From: Chrysomallon squamiferum
Taxonomy: Eukaryota; Animalia; Mollusca
DNA: 64,000 nucleotides
Direction: 5' to 3'
Assembly (NCBI GenBank): GCA_012295275.1
Contig: CM022672.1
Span: 18,662,001 to 18,726,000, forward strand
Shown: positions 40,666-54,520 of the stretch, piece by piece
Layout of the letters: every line of letters starts with the position of its first letter
Numbering within the stretch: the stretch's first letter is position 1
Notes under the pieces: generated by a model
Database searches by the model: none
Seen by the model: the letters and a program-made list of their open reading frames with translations, nothing else
What the model was told of the DNA's origin: nothing
Position numbers and translations under genes: made by a program

Positions 40666-40937
40666 AATATACTTCCATTCTGGAAACTGAAAACGTCACT
40701 GTGGACACGACCGTTTACACCAAGAAACTTGTCCTTAACAAGACCTCTCTTTCGTCATATCGACGGAAAATGACGTCAGCAGAAGATAACCGTACCAGCG
40801 CCGTTGTGATTGGCTCTGTTGGATGCGTTAACTTTGTCATCTTTTTTGCCGTGTTGATTATGCTTGATATCACCAATCTGATTCAGCTTGTTCAGTATCT
40901 CTCTCGGAACTGGTTCAGAAAAGAAGAGAGAATCTAA
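40666..40937 (+). CDS. Lectin membrane protein, last exon (juxtamembrane motif, TM, short tail)
   Basis: Strong acceptor; KKLVLNKTSLSSYRRKMTSAEDNRTSAVVIGSVGCVNFVIFFAVLIMLD...*. The six exons total 1566 nt, giving 521 aa. Confidence 0.88.
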
Positions 40938-41008
40938 TTATTTTTTTAATCTTTCAAAACTTTATATTTATTTATTTATTTATTGATCTTCTTCTTCTTC
41001 TTCTTCTT

Positions 41009-41039
<31 letters not shown>

Positions 41040-41516
41040 ATATTATTATTATTATTTTTTATTTTTTATTTTTTTTTTTTTTTAAATTCTAAATCATAAA
41101 TAATAATTTACAAAGTAAACTCAAACAAATAACCTACAACGTTCAGGTGATTATTTTAGTTTTAAGATGGGACCAGTCTTTGGCAGCAATATTGTGTGTG
41201 AACAATAAACTAACAAGTTTGAGAGGATGCACTCAGCGTGAAAGTATTATCTTTACATATAAAAGAAAGATAAAAATAAAAATCTATGAAACTGGCTGTG
41301 ATTACGGTAAGCTGCAATGATTTTCCGAGTCCATCAATCAACTACTGAATGGTATAATTGTTTCCACTATTATATCAGAGATCGTCGAAGGCAAACTGAA
41401 CTTACTCCTTCGTTTTGTCAGCGCAGCTGGGTCATGCTATTGATATAATTTTATATAGATATAGACCTTTAAAATATGTCTTATATATTTTCTTTGATAA
41501 CATCAAAAAAAAAAAA

Positions 41517-41555
<39 letters not shown>

Positions 41556-41560
41556 AATAA

Positions 41561-41599
<39 letters not shown>

Positions 41600-42838
41600 A
41601 GCACAATACTGAATAGCTATAATATAAAACACAGATAAAAACAGAAAAATGAGCTGTTATGGTATATCAGGACATAAGTGATACTGAATAAAGTTACGTC
41701 ATTTTGAATTACATCTATTACGTGGTTCCAAAACCACTGGTGCATGAACCTATTTGTGGATGTAACATGTTTTGAATGGCTGCCTGACTGAGAGAGCCAT
41801 CAGCTGTCGATTTGTTAAGAGACGTGAAATAACAACAATAAATGAAATTCAGTTTATGATCTGTTACACTGACGCTAGATAGACGCAAGTACCAATGTGT
41901 GTCACATCTGTGTGTGTACCTGCATACGTTTTAATTAAACTACAGCACCTGATTATTTTACACCTGAATCAGTAAAATATTTAAAGTGACGCTGAATGTA
42001 TTGTGTGTTTGTTTTTTTTTTTTTTTTTGTTGTTGTTGTTGTAATTTAATTATTGTGTGTGGAAATGCAGTTTCAGATACCTGTCCTGATAAGAAAGAAG
42101 AGTTATTGATCCACAACAAGGGAGAGAATCGATTATTGAAGAGTTCTCCTATTTCCTGTATTGCCATGACATCGAAACAAACGTGACAGTAAACACGACT
42201 GGAATTACTGCCCAGAGATGCATGCAGTTCGTGTCATGCTTATTGTTGCTTGTATTATTACTATTATAATTATTATTATTATTAAATGTTGCTCTACATT
42301 CCTAAAAAAAAAAAAAAAAAAAAAAGCGTTTAAAAAGAAAAATGTGAAATATTATTATTGTTGTTGTTGTTATTATTATTATTATTATTATTTATTATTA
42401 TTTCTTTTCAGCTGTATATGTGTATGTGTGTTATCTTTGCATGTGTAAATGTAATATTTATTATGTATTTCTGTTTATTTGTATGTACGTCTCTCTCATT
42501 CTCTTTATATATATATATATGTGTGTGTGTGTAAAATATATGTGTTGTATATGTTAATCAACATGTCTGCTTATTCGTGAGTACGTGCGTGTCACATACT
42601 GTGTGTAAGCCTATGTGTTTGTAGAAATACCTTTCTGTTTCTCGACATATATTGAAAAAAAGAAGAATAACACTTGATTAAATAAAAACCGCACTCTGAG
42701 ACGATAATACAAAACCTCTTCACTTCAGAATAATTTATTTACATTGGAAAAAAAGATGTACAGAGTTTAAAAAAATATAAATTAAAATAAATCGATTTTC
42801 AAAAGAATGCATCATTTGTTATCTGAAGACGTAAAAAA

Positions 42839-42869
<31 letters not shown>

Positions 42870-43529
42870 TAAAATAAAAAGACGTAAAAATAGTGTTTAT
42901 AATGATAGAGAATGTAAAGCAATGGAATGTTGGACAGTTAAGATATCAGCGAGCACTTCAGTATAACACAAACACACATCAAAATCCATAAACAGACAAA
43001 TCATCAGTCAGAATCACATTAGTGTCACGTAAAACAGACAAATCACTAAACTATCAAAACAATTAAAATAATATAATAACTAATGAACAAACAAACAAAC
43101 AACACACAACAAATAAATGAACAGACTGTAACTGTAATACAAACAGTATGTTTTCTTAATTAAAATGAGAGACGTAAAGAGTACGAAGATTTACAAAATG
43201 GCAGTACTGAAAATATTACGTGGTTTAGGAAAATGTTCAGTGGAGCAAGAAACAGCTATTGATAAAATAGTCCATTGAATTCTATAAGAAATTTCCACTG
43301 ATAGTCACGTTTCGACAGTTCAGAATGTGGTAGATTGTAATGTAGTAGATTGTTAAAGCTGTTATAGAAGTAATCAGAATAGAGTGGTATATGAAATATA
43401 TTTATCTTCATCAGCACCAAACTAATAATGCGACAATACGAGCAAATAGCTTCCTTACAGTATTTTGTATGTTTCTTTATTTTGGCGACTAAAGTATGCT
43501 AATAATAAAGTATAGCAATTAAAGTAAAC

Positions 43530-43593
<64 letters not shown>

Positions 43594-44143
43594 AGCACTA
43601 TCGTAAACAGATACAGTACAAAAAGTCAAGTGAGGCAATGACTATTTTACAATGACCTACTTTTTTTTTTTTATTGATATCTAATCATAAGCTACGCCAT
43701 AATGAATTGCCATCCAAATGCACAATCATGTAATTATTATTACTGTTATTATTATTATTATTATTATTATTATATTGTAATTAGCAAAAAATAAATAAAC
43801 AAACATATCGAGTAGATAGATATTATGCATTAAAAATAAGGAAAGATACCTAATACGTAGACATGCATTAAAAATAAAATAACTTATCGAATAGATAGAT
43901 ATCCAGTAGACCGATATTATGCGTTAAAAATAGAGTATTTTGCACTGATGAAACTAGTTATTATCAGTTACTTTTTCAGTGATTTAGAGCTTTCTGCGAG
44001 TTCTGTCGGATTACTAAGACTCCTGCTAATTAGCTATAACAATCAGAAAAATCAGCTTTGATTTAAACATAGCAGTTTCAGTGTTTTTAGGCGAAGATGA
44101 TTTTTTTTTTTTTACATGCTTATATACATACATACATGCCTGA

Positions 44144-44185
<42 letters not shown>

Positions 44186-44455
44186 GTACGTACATAAATA
44201 CATACATACATATAAATACAGACACCAAAATATAATTTAACTCACACATGCAAATTTATATAAGTACGTCTCAGTGCGTGTGAGTGTGTGCGTGTGTGTG
44301 TGTGAGTGAGTGTGTTGTCAGCAAAATTGGGTGAACAACAACAAAAGAGATTCTTGGTACAGCGGCTGCAGAGAACGTGTAACTAATTTTCACAAAGGGC
44401 GTCTCCTTCAGAAGCAGTGATCTTTCGATCTGTCAATTCCATGAAAAAAGAAAAT

Positions 44456-44515
44456 TTACAAAAGTCCCCATTTGATACGCAGCCCATCAAACCATCGGCC
44501 CAGCTGATTCTGAAG
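44456..44515 (-). CDS. Alpha-1,3-fucosyltransferase, last coding exon
   Basis: Minus-strand acceptor ctttttgtattttag, then LQNQLGRWFDGLRIKWGLL*; phase 0 matches the donor at 47066. Candidate minus-strand AATAAA near 42735. Confidence 0.7.
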   Translation of the reverse strand, partial: LQNQLGRWFDGLRIKWGLL

Positions 44516-44618
44516 CTAAAATACAAAAAGAAAAAAGAAAAAAACATGTGTTAAATTTAGACCGTAATTTCTGAATATTACTCTATACAGATTTTTTATT
44601 ATTATTATTATTATTATT

Positions 44619-44657
<39 letters not shown>

Positions 44658-46104
44658 ATTGTCATTGCTACTACTGTTCTTGTTTCTTCAAACTTAAGCC
44701 TGTGTAATTTCTATATTAATATTTCATAGATTTTCTAAATGTATCTCTTTCTTCAAGCGATATTTCATTATCTGTAACAGAATCGCTTAGTGCTTTGTAA
44801 ACAGATAAGTCATTTGCTGATTAAAAATTAAAAAAAAGAAAAAAAAAAAAGACGTAGGGACAAATGAAGGACGTAACTTGATATAGGGACCAAACGGTCG
44901 AACAATGTCACCATTGGAGTACATGTCTTTTTATTTCCTACAATAGGATATACTAGCAGATTGCATCAAGGACGTTTTTGAAATATTAAACTGAATACTA
45001 AAGGAATAATGTGTCGCGAGAAAATATTATATAGTATGTTGTTTAATTCGAGAATATTTAAAATCATATATTTCATATTATCTACGTGTGTGTGTGTGTG
45101 TGGGTGGGTGCATGTAATTATGTATTTACATCTGTTTACGAATGTATTTAAGTGTGTGTATTAAAATATTACATAGTGATGATGATGTAAAAATTATATG
45201 TTCAAGGTATATTAACACTGTAATTATATCTGCATGTGAATTAAAGCTTCATGTGGAAAAAAGATCGTTTCTTACAATAATATCTACGAAAAATAAAGTT
45301 TTAAATAATTCTGTGGTAAACATTGATTAGTATATATATATATATATGCATGTATGTTTTGGCGTGCGTCTGTCAGTACACATACAGATACACAGATATA
45401 TAAACAGGCAGTCTGAGACAGACAGAGAAATGCACAGACAAATCAGTGTTGTATTCGTTTAAAGTGATTAAAATACAGGCAAACGGGATTAAAGTTGACA
45501 GAACACTCTGCGTTGGTTTCGCGTGTTTTTCCTATTGTGGTCTAAATTATACATGTCCAATTATTTTTGACATTGTATGATGGTCAGTCAGGCCACCTGT
45601 ATATCTGAAAACCTTTCATTAATAATTAACCCTTTATTGATTCGCACACTGCAGATTTAATTTGGCCTCCGGAAAGGCAAAGAATATTTCGTTACGGTTT
45701 GAGATTTTAAATAGTTTTATTTAAAAAAAAAAAAAAAAAAATTCCAGAAATACACGTAGTAATAATAATATAAAATAACTCGTATGCTGTCAGTGTGATG
45801 CATATGTACACCAACACTGACAATAAGTAACGCTGTAACTGATCGTGAAATAAATACATATACTCTAATGAAACGACAACATTTCACGTCATAAATATTT
45901 ACAAGACGATCAAATATTCATAATTGTTATCGACATAGCAATCAAAATATACTGCACCGTTTATCACATTTCAGAATTTTAAACCTAAATTTCGTATTCA
46001 ACAATGAACTAGTACGATGTCAAAGGTTTCGTAATAGTGTGTAAACAATAGTAGTAGTAGTAATAATAAGAATAGTAATCAGATTCTAATAATGTGTTGA
46101 AGGT

Positions 46105-46312
46105 TCGATTTTCAAGACCTTATCATTTCAGGAACACGACATTAGTTTGAAATACGAGAACAAACGTGCTGGCTCTGAAATTTCAAGAACATGTCACGAG
46201 CAGGATTTCAAGAACGCGTATCAGCATTCTGCACTTCAAGAACGGGTCTTAATTTAAAGAACGTAAACGAGAAGTCTGTAGATGAAGAACATGTCGTAAA
46301 TCTGTGATTCAA
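46105..46312. repeat. Degenerate ~30-bp tandem repeat in the fucosyltransferase intron
   Basis: Recurrent atttcaagaac..gt units, about 7-8 diverged copies. Confidence 0.55.
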
Positions 46313-47066
46313 ACACATAAATCGTGCAAACATTGTCGCTTCATGTTGACGTCAACCCTCTGACCTAGACGCACTAGATTTGAATTTATTACAATTTGTG
46401 ACTGTTTTTTTTTATATTTATTTTATTTTTTTTTATTTTTCTTTCACGACTGATTAAAACTGCACAATTAAATCTATTCATTGTTCTGTTTTCCACAGGC
46501 CAGATCAATCTCTGCAGATTGTCTGGCTCCCACTTCGCAGATTACCTTTCCGTTCTAATCGACATTTCATGACTTAGAAATGTATTGTTTGCCCGCTTGT
46601 GAAATATTTAATCGTCGCCTGAGAACGGCTGCTGTTATCGAGAACCAAGGGAACCGCTCGTTAAATTGCTTCATTTGTTTGTGTTAGAAAAAAAACAACG
46701 TTCAATACATTTACACATATTTCTATTTTACAAGCAATCCAGAAATCTGCATAAACGGAAAGAAAATTGTTGCCGATTCTGATAAAGGTCACACTTGAAA
46801 GTTATACGGATAGAAGAATGCAGATTATTAATATTTGACTAGTAACAGTTTAGCGTTACTAAACACATAGCGTTACTAAACTTTTACTTTAATGTTTTAT
46901 AACCTTTATGTTATTGTTAGTTCGTTCTTAATTACTCAGTTGTATAGCAATGACTAAACATAATTAAGCAATAATTAAGAAATAACTGGTTATTAAATTT
47001 AAACTTTAACTGACTTTATTCAACGTGGTTTCTGAAAATTAAGATTATCAGGTAAACGATACTTAC

Positions 47067-48176
47067 GGTCCATTGCGGGCACTTCTCTTGATCTTCCGTG
47101 AACCAGCCATTCAGATCTTCGTAAACCTGTGCGGGCCGTGATTTATCGTGAAGTGCCTCGCACAAATCACACCAGAATATTCTCCGAGCTTCCAGCTCTC
47201 CGTATATCTCGTACGATTTCGTCCATTCCAAATATTTATTGTATTCGTCGTCGTTTTTGCTCACTTTGATCAAGTGGTTTGCCAGACTCTCGGTGTCTTT
47301 GAACTCGGACATGTCTACGTAGGAATGCGGTGGAGCAAAATCTTTGTACCTCGCCCCACCCAACACCACCGGGACCTGTCTGCGTCGCAGTGCCTCCCAA
47401 AACTTTTCTGTGACGTAGTCTTTACAAATGCAGTTCTCTATGGTGAAGAAGAACTTGTACACTGAAACGGTGTCACTGCAGATCGTTTCGGGACATCGCC
47501 TTCCTCCGCACTTGCCGAACTGTTCCAGAGGAAGGTGTTTACTGACTTCGCGGATGATCGTCATTCGCCGCAAGTAGTCGTAGCAGTTGCTGGACATCCA
47601 TGCCGCCAGCCTGGGTCTCTCCGCGGCGAAATTGTGCGAGGAAATCTCCGTTTTGTTTCGGTAGCCTCCGTAAGTGACGGGAACGTCGGAGTCGAAGCGG
47701 TACCACGCCGTCCAGTTGAAGAGACCGGCCAGGCTTTCCATGTTCAGCGGCACCCGCGGCGGCGGCTCCACGTTCTGCAGCACCCACACCTGGTGGGGAT
47801 GACGTCGCGACGGCCACGTTATGCCTCGCCAAAAATTGAAGACGGCGCCCGCGTGGAAAAGAACGGCGTCCGCATCGTCGATCTGGTCCTTGTCGTTCGT
47901 GATCTTGCACGTGCTCACTTTGCACGTGCGAAGGTAGCGATCGTCCGTGTGCTCCCAGGTCTCGTCGTCGAAGAAGCCCGTCCACCGAAGAATCGTTTTG
48001 TGGCTGCCGTTTCGCCACGATCTCTGCGGGAACCTCCTCACGTAAGGTCCCGAAGGCTTCGCGCACCCTCCCGAAGGACACCTGCTTCCGATCGCGAGCA
48101 GAAGGAAACTAAAAACGACCACCGACAGCAAGAGGATGACGCGAAATTTCTTTCGCATTCGCAGAGAAATCCGCAT
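47067..48176 (-). CDS. Alpha-1,3-fucosyltransferase (CAZy GT10), main coding exon
   Basis: Type II membrane topology (basic N-terminus, then TM). Motifs ADAVLFH, QVWV..VEPP, FNWTAWYRFDSDV, WMSSNC, YKFFFTIENCICKDYVTEKFWEAL, VPVVLG, PPHSYV and the CDLC tail. Donor TGGACC|GTAAGT at 47066; acceptor at 48225. Spliced length 389 aa. Confidence 0.95.
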
Positions 48177-48795
48177 CGTCGTTTTAAACTAGAAGATTCG
48201 ATTTGAAGTGAAGAAACTCGTATCCTGAAAGAGAAAAAGAGAAAAAATCAAAAATGGAAAACAAATACTGAACTGTCATCTTTCGTTCGCAAACACGTGC
48301 TTATACGTAAGCCGATTTCATCGCTAGGCAACCACAATAGCGAGGAAGAAAACAAGAAAATGAAACAGCTGCATAAAAAAGAAAAAGAACAGAAGAAAAA
48401 AAAAATTAGGTAACGAAAAAAACAAACCGGTTTACAATTCAGTCAGTCGATAACATTATCGTATTTGACAACGTAGTCGGTATTCTTTATCTTTTGTTTT
48501 TTCTCTGCGGTTCAGCAGATTTCGCAATACAGTTGCACATGACGGTGTATCACAGAGCCGTCCACGTAACCGAGCGGTTAAACGACGCGGCGACCTGTCT
48601 GTGTGTGCTTTGTTAATGCAGTAAACCCGTGTTCTGAGTTAAACGTACAAAAATAGCAACTCCACACGATCTCATTATGAAGAGTACTGATTGGGGGTGT
48701 GATAGCGTATTTTTATATGACTGTACATTTGTACGCACACATATACACACACACACAGACACACACACAGATATACACACATACATACATACATA

Positions 48796-48878
<83 letters not shown>

Positions 48879-49039
48879 GAAACTAAGTGTTTGTATATAT
48901 TTGTACGTTTGATAATAAAGATTGTATTTTACTACTACAAACTAAACTATTCCTACATAGATTTACGTAAATACGTATCGAACAGCCCCATTTTAACAAG
49001 CTTATATTACTTTGTTTATATTTGTTTTATTTCCTTCTT

Positions 49040-49092
<53 letters not shown>

Positions 49093-50063
49093 TAAGGAAG
49101 TATTTTTAAAAACATCACAAAAGAGAAGATATTTATGACGGTGCAAACACACTCAGAATGCTTAAAAACACATCTAACGATAAAACGGTCTTAAAATAAC
49201 ACGGGAAACCTCAATGTTTCTAATGAAAAAGAAATTTTAAAAAAAAAAAAAAAAAAGTTAAACGAAAATAGAGATAAAAGAACTCGTTTTAAATCTGAAA
49301 TGTGATTCAGCCTCCAGACAGATATCAAATGATAGAGATAAATGTACATGAATACTTATTACAGGATTTTTTTTGTTTTTGTTTTCGTTTCTTTTTTACA
49401 TTTTAACCCAGCCTCTGCGTTGTTCAGTATCGAGTCTCCAGGTGATAATTATTCTTGGATACAAGACATTTATAAATAGTTTGGCTGAGACTGTAATTAT
49501 ACTTCAAGCGGTGTATTAATTTGCCGTGTTAAGAACGAAAAAAATGAAATGATAAAATACTTTATTTTGTTCACAAAATACGGTATTAATAATAAAAATA
49601 TATATATATATATATAATATATAATGACAGCAGATAATCGACAGTATTAAGTATTTATTTGTAAACATAATAACTTTCATTCATACTGATATATATATAT
49701 ACATATACACACATACATATATACACACACACACGCACACACACGCATAACTGGAAATATATGGCCCATTCACTCAAACATTCACAAACAGGTTTTACTG
49801 TATCAACAACAGCAGTCGGTTTGCATCATTTACGTCTCACGAATAATTCGACTGGTTATTAATAAAACGAATTATTAAACTGTTACATTATTTCATATAC
49901 AAAACAAACTCGGCTTTACATTAGAACAAAAATGGATCGATCGATCGCGCACCTGACGGACAAACAAACTGTGCAAAATCCTTCTAATTCAACTAGTTCG
50001 ACCAATTAGAATGCAAAAAAAACAACAACCGCCAAACATGTGCTCTTCCAGTCATTAACTTAC

Positions 50064-50480
50064 CTGTATAAATCTCATAAAAGAACGGGAAAACTTACCC
50101 GATGTATCATTTCAGTCTAGTAACGCTCACCTGAAACATAATCTCCAGCCCGTCTATCTTTTTCTGTTTTTTCTTTGTTTTTATCCCTCTCTCTCTCTCT
50201 CTTCTTATCGCGTCTTTCTCAGACGAACGAAAACCGTATGCTTCGTGATATAAACAACATTGTCTTTGCTTTGTGTCGATTTTGAACCAGGTCACACAAA
50301 CGAACGATCAAGAAAGGCTGTATGTAAAAGCCGTGTACGGCCGGCCTCTCATAAATGGGAATAAAAATAGACGATCAAAAACAGCAAAAATCTTTCAGAA
50401 AGTCTCTCTCTGCATGTATGTGTGTGTGAGTGTCTGTGCGGATGACTGCGTCCGCTGCACAGTGAACTGTAACGCCGAAT
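50064..50480 (-). other. Probable 5'-UTR exon and promoter-proximal region of the fucosyltransferase (upstream edge approximate)
   Basis: Two minus-strand GTAAGT donors (plus-strand acttac at 50058-50063 and 50093-50098) next to a CpG-rich block at 50330-50720. Confidence 0.45.
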
Positions 50481-51269
50481 GACCACCGAGAGAATGAGTA
50501 ACCGTCAAAACAGTATTTTACGACACAGGTGTTTGCGCGCCGGCTGCTATGGTTGGTTTATCGACCGGGCCAGCCACGCAGTTCTCGTGTGGGACGTTTT
50601 TTTTTTCCCCGCCAGCAGCAGCAGCAGCAGCAACAGCAGCACTGTTATTGATAAAACAACAACACGACAGCGATAATATTCCGTCAGCGACAGGTTGTGC
50701 ATAGACCGCGACAGTATGTTGTAATACTTTCTGTTGACAGATTCGGATGAAATATTCAGTGGAAAATTTTGAGTCACACTCACGTTTCGATTATGGAACT
50801 GATACGTCATCATCTTTAGCAACACTGAACGTTAAAGTTGTTTAGGAAAACACGCACAAATAGTCACATTTAAATTACCTTCACATATATATATACGTAC
50901 AAACACACACACACACACACACACATACATACATACATACATATATGTATGTTTATGTATGTATGTGTGTGTGTATCTATATATGCATGTGTGTATATAA
51001 ATATATATATATTTATATACACACACATATATGTATCTATATATGTATGTGTGTATATAAATATATCTATATATTTATATATACACACACACATGCATAT
51101 ATAGATACATACACACACAGACATACATACATAAACATACATACATATATGCTCAAATACACACATACATACACACATGCTCACATACACACATACATAC
51201 ATTCATATATACATACACATACATTCATATATACATACGTGCACACACACATATACACACATACATATT

Positions 51270-51322
<53 letters not shown>

Positions 51323-51634
51323 TAATGAAAGAAAACTGCTGAATCATCCGGACAAATCAGGAATGCCATAGCAGCAAACAACCTTCTGAAAAACAGGCTT
51401 AAATATATATATGAATTCATCATACACAAACACAAACATAAAACATACTCATGCGTGATTATGGATTATTAATGTAACTTTAAAAGCTATTTACTACATG
51501 TTTGTCTTGTGCTAGCGGCTAATATGCTGCTAATTAATTTATCTCTTCTGGTCTGGACTTAATTTGCTGTTATAAAGGCATTAGGAAATCTGCTTGGTAC
51601 AAACATGGGCCACGCCTTGTTGCTGTTTTCACAG

Positions 51635-51709
<75 letters not shown>

Positions 51710-51783
51710 TTGACGTAGTTACAAATATCAACAGAAAACCCTAAAAAATTGACAAGAGAATAATGATGATGATGATGATGATG

Positions 51784-51823
<40 letters not shown>

Positions 51824-52491
51824 ATTATTATACTAAAATTAAATTCTATATTATTACATATACTGAATTAAATAGATTTTTACTCCACAAAAATACCTTT
51901 AAATCAGAAAATCAGAAGTGTGTGTGTGTGTGTGTGTATTATGACGTTTATGGAGCAGTTTGGTGAATATATAGGTCAAGTTTTATTTATTCTGCTCAGG
52001 TTCAAAGTTTGTCGAAGGAACGTTTTATTGCGTTGTTATTTTAGTTTACTGTAACAGTTAAACAAATTCAAAGAGATAATTTATTTTTTTGTTGCTTTCT
52101 TTTATTTATTTATTTATTTATTTATTCATTTATTCTTTTTTTTTTTTTTTTTTTTTTTCCTGCGAAGTCATATTTGTATAATAGCTATTTTATAGATTTA
52201 TTTAATTACGAACATGAGTTAGAAATCAAAGAGATTATTAGTTCTTTTTGTTGTTGTTCTTTTTATGAATACATGAAGGAAAAAGCCATGCTATATGGGT
52301 TACTCTTATAGATTAGCAACAAGGAGTCGTTCACTTTAGGAAATGCAGAGAAACAAATATTGTCGTATCTGATAAAATATTTACAGCATAGTGGTTGGAA
52401 CGGTATAAAAAAGCTTATCAGGCTTGGAGAATACACACAAATGACATACATATATACATATATATATATATATCCATACATACAAACATAC

Positions 52492-52523
<32 letters not shown>

Positions 52524-52541
52524 CCATACATACAAACATAC

Positions 52542-52578
<37 letters not shown>

Positions 52579-53017
52579 CAAACATACATACATACACAAT
52601 GCGTTCCCGAATATTGTCTACGTGCAGTCTAATCAGACGTACGTAAGACAGAAAATATTCAAATCCTAAAATACCTACGTACATTCACATATATAATACA
52701 TACATAATTACATATAATTAAATAAGTTATCAAGTACGCTATCAATGTTAACGTACGACACATTGTAGATGATGTTCGGTATTTACGTGTGTTGAAGCTC
52801 CATAGTCTTCTATCAAACCATTTGTCTGTCAATTGACAAATCACTGTTTTCAAATAGTTGACAGATATTTGTAAAATCATTATAACCAGTAACAGAAGAA
52901 AAACGTTTCTGCCAGACTGTTATCACCTCAGTGTTAATCCATTATCAGTTAATTTTTTTTATTATAAGATCATAATCAAAATCATTGTCAGTTTGTTATC
53001 AGACCATTATCATAGAA

Positions 53018-53112
<95 letters not shown>

Positions 53113-53479
53113 ATTTGGAGGATGAAGAGACAGAGGGTTGCTGATGATTGTGATAATGAAACGAGTACAATTAGCTATCTAATTAAACCGGATTCACATG
53201 AAAGTTGAATATGCGAACACTGATATAATTGCGATGTACCGTTATTAAGTTACATCATCTCTGATAATTGCATTAATCCTCTAGACAGACCCTGTAATTA
53301 GAGGCATGCTGCACGTTTCGCGTGTCTAATTAATTAATGGATCAGCTAACGTGTCTCGTAACAGTTTCTGATTCCAGGTAAATGTTTCCTTCCGGATAAC
53401 CACAGAATCGTGATTTACAAGTAATTCACATTGCTTACTACTTTTAGAATTTATCTTTAACATTAAGTGAATTAACATT

Positions 53480-53518
<39 letters not shown>

Positions 53519-54079
53519 AAAAAACCCAATTATCCCCCACTCAAAACTAACACACAAAGCCAGAAAATAGTTAATATTCTCAATGGGTTCGATTACTGCT
53601 AAGCAATCGTAGGTCTTTTGTATTCCAGTGACATGGATCACTGATCACTCACGATCGAGACATCTAGAGGAGCAAGGTCATCATAATATTACATAGATAC
53701 CACACGCGCTCGCATACACAAGCAGTGTGTTAAAAGCTGTCTCATTATGACTAATATCAAGCATTGCTTTTCTTCAACACCACATTATTCATATTTTTTT
53801 ATTTTTTATTTTTGCCGGCTCTGTTTAGCGTTTCACATACTAAACAGTGAAACCACGTTTACGCTTTCTGCTCGGTTTTAGACCTTTATTGACCATAGAA
53901 GTCATAGATCATCGTAATTTGCTAAAGAAATCGTGTCTCAAGTGACGTTCGAAGATAAATAAGATTTTGACACAGAAAATCAACAGCGCTGCCTTAAAAT
54001 TGTATCTTTATTATCTGTTGAACGGGTCAGAAAGTCAAAACATATGTACTCTTTGAATATGGTAACAACATTTGTTGAG

Positions 54080-54180
54080 ATAGTAGTAGTAGTAGTTGTA
54101 GTAGTAGTCGTGGGAATATTAGCAGTAAGTAGTAGCAGCAGAATCGGAGGCAGTTTTTGGTAGCAATAATATTAACAGTG

Positions 54181-54222
<42 letters not shown>

Positions 54223-54520
54223 ATAGTATTGGTAATGGTATTAGTAGTAACAAGAGTGGTACTAGTAGTATCAGTATTTTAGTAGAGTAGTAGTAGTGGT
54301 AGTAGTAGTAGCAGCAGTAGTAGTGGTAGTAGTAGTAGCAGCAGCAGTACTAGTAGTAGTAGTAGTAGTAGCAGCAGTAGTAGTAGCAATAGTAGTAGTA
54401 GTAGAAGAAGCAGTGGCAGAATCAGCAACACAGCAGCAGCATAATTTTAGTAGTTGTAATAGTTGTAGTAGTAGTAGTTGTTGTTGTAGTTGTTTTAGTA
54501 ACGACAGTAGTAGTAGTTTT
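54080..54520. repeat. Compound (AGT/AGC)n microsatellite
   Basis: Phased agt/agc/ggt blocks; similar tracts occur at 19060-19310, 60720-60840 and 61730-62010. Confidence 0.9.

Noticed and set aside
47016-47066. C-terminal hydrophobic tail of the 386-aa ORF as the main gene end
   Set aside because: It begins at a consensus GTAAGT donor and composition turns AT-rich; an in-phase terminal exon exists at 44456-44515.
47148-48206. Antisense and alternative-frame ORFs of 105-223 aa
   Set aside because: Shadows of the GC-rich fucosyltransferase exon, with no motifs of their own.
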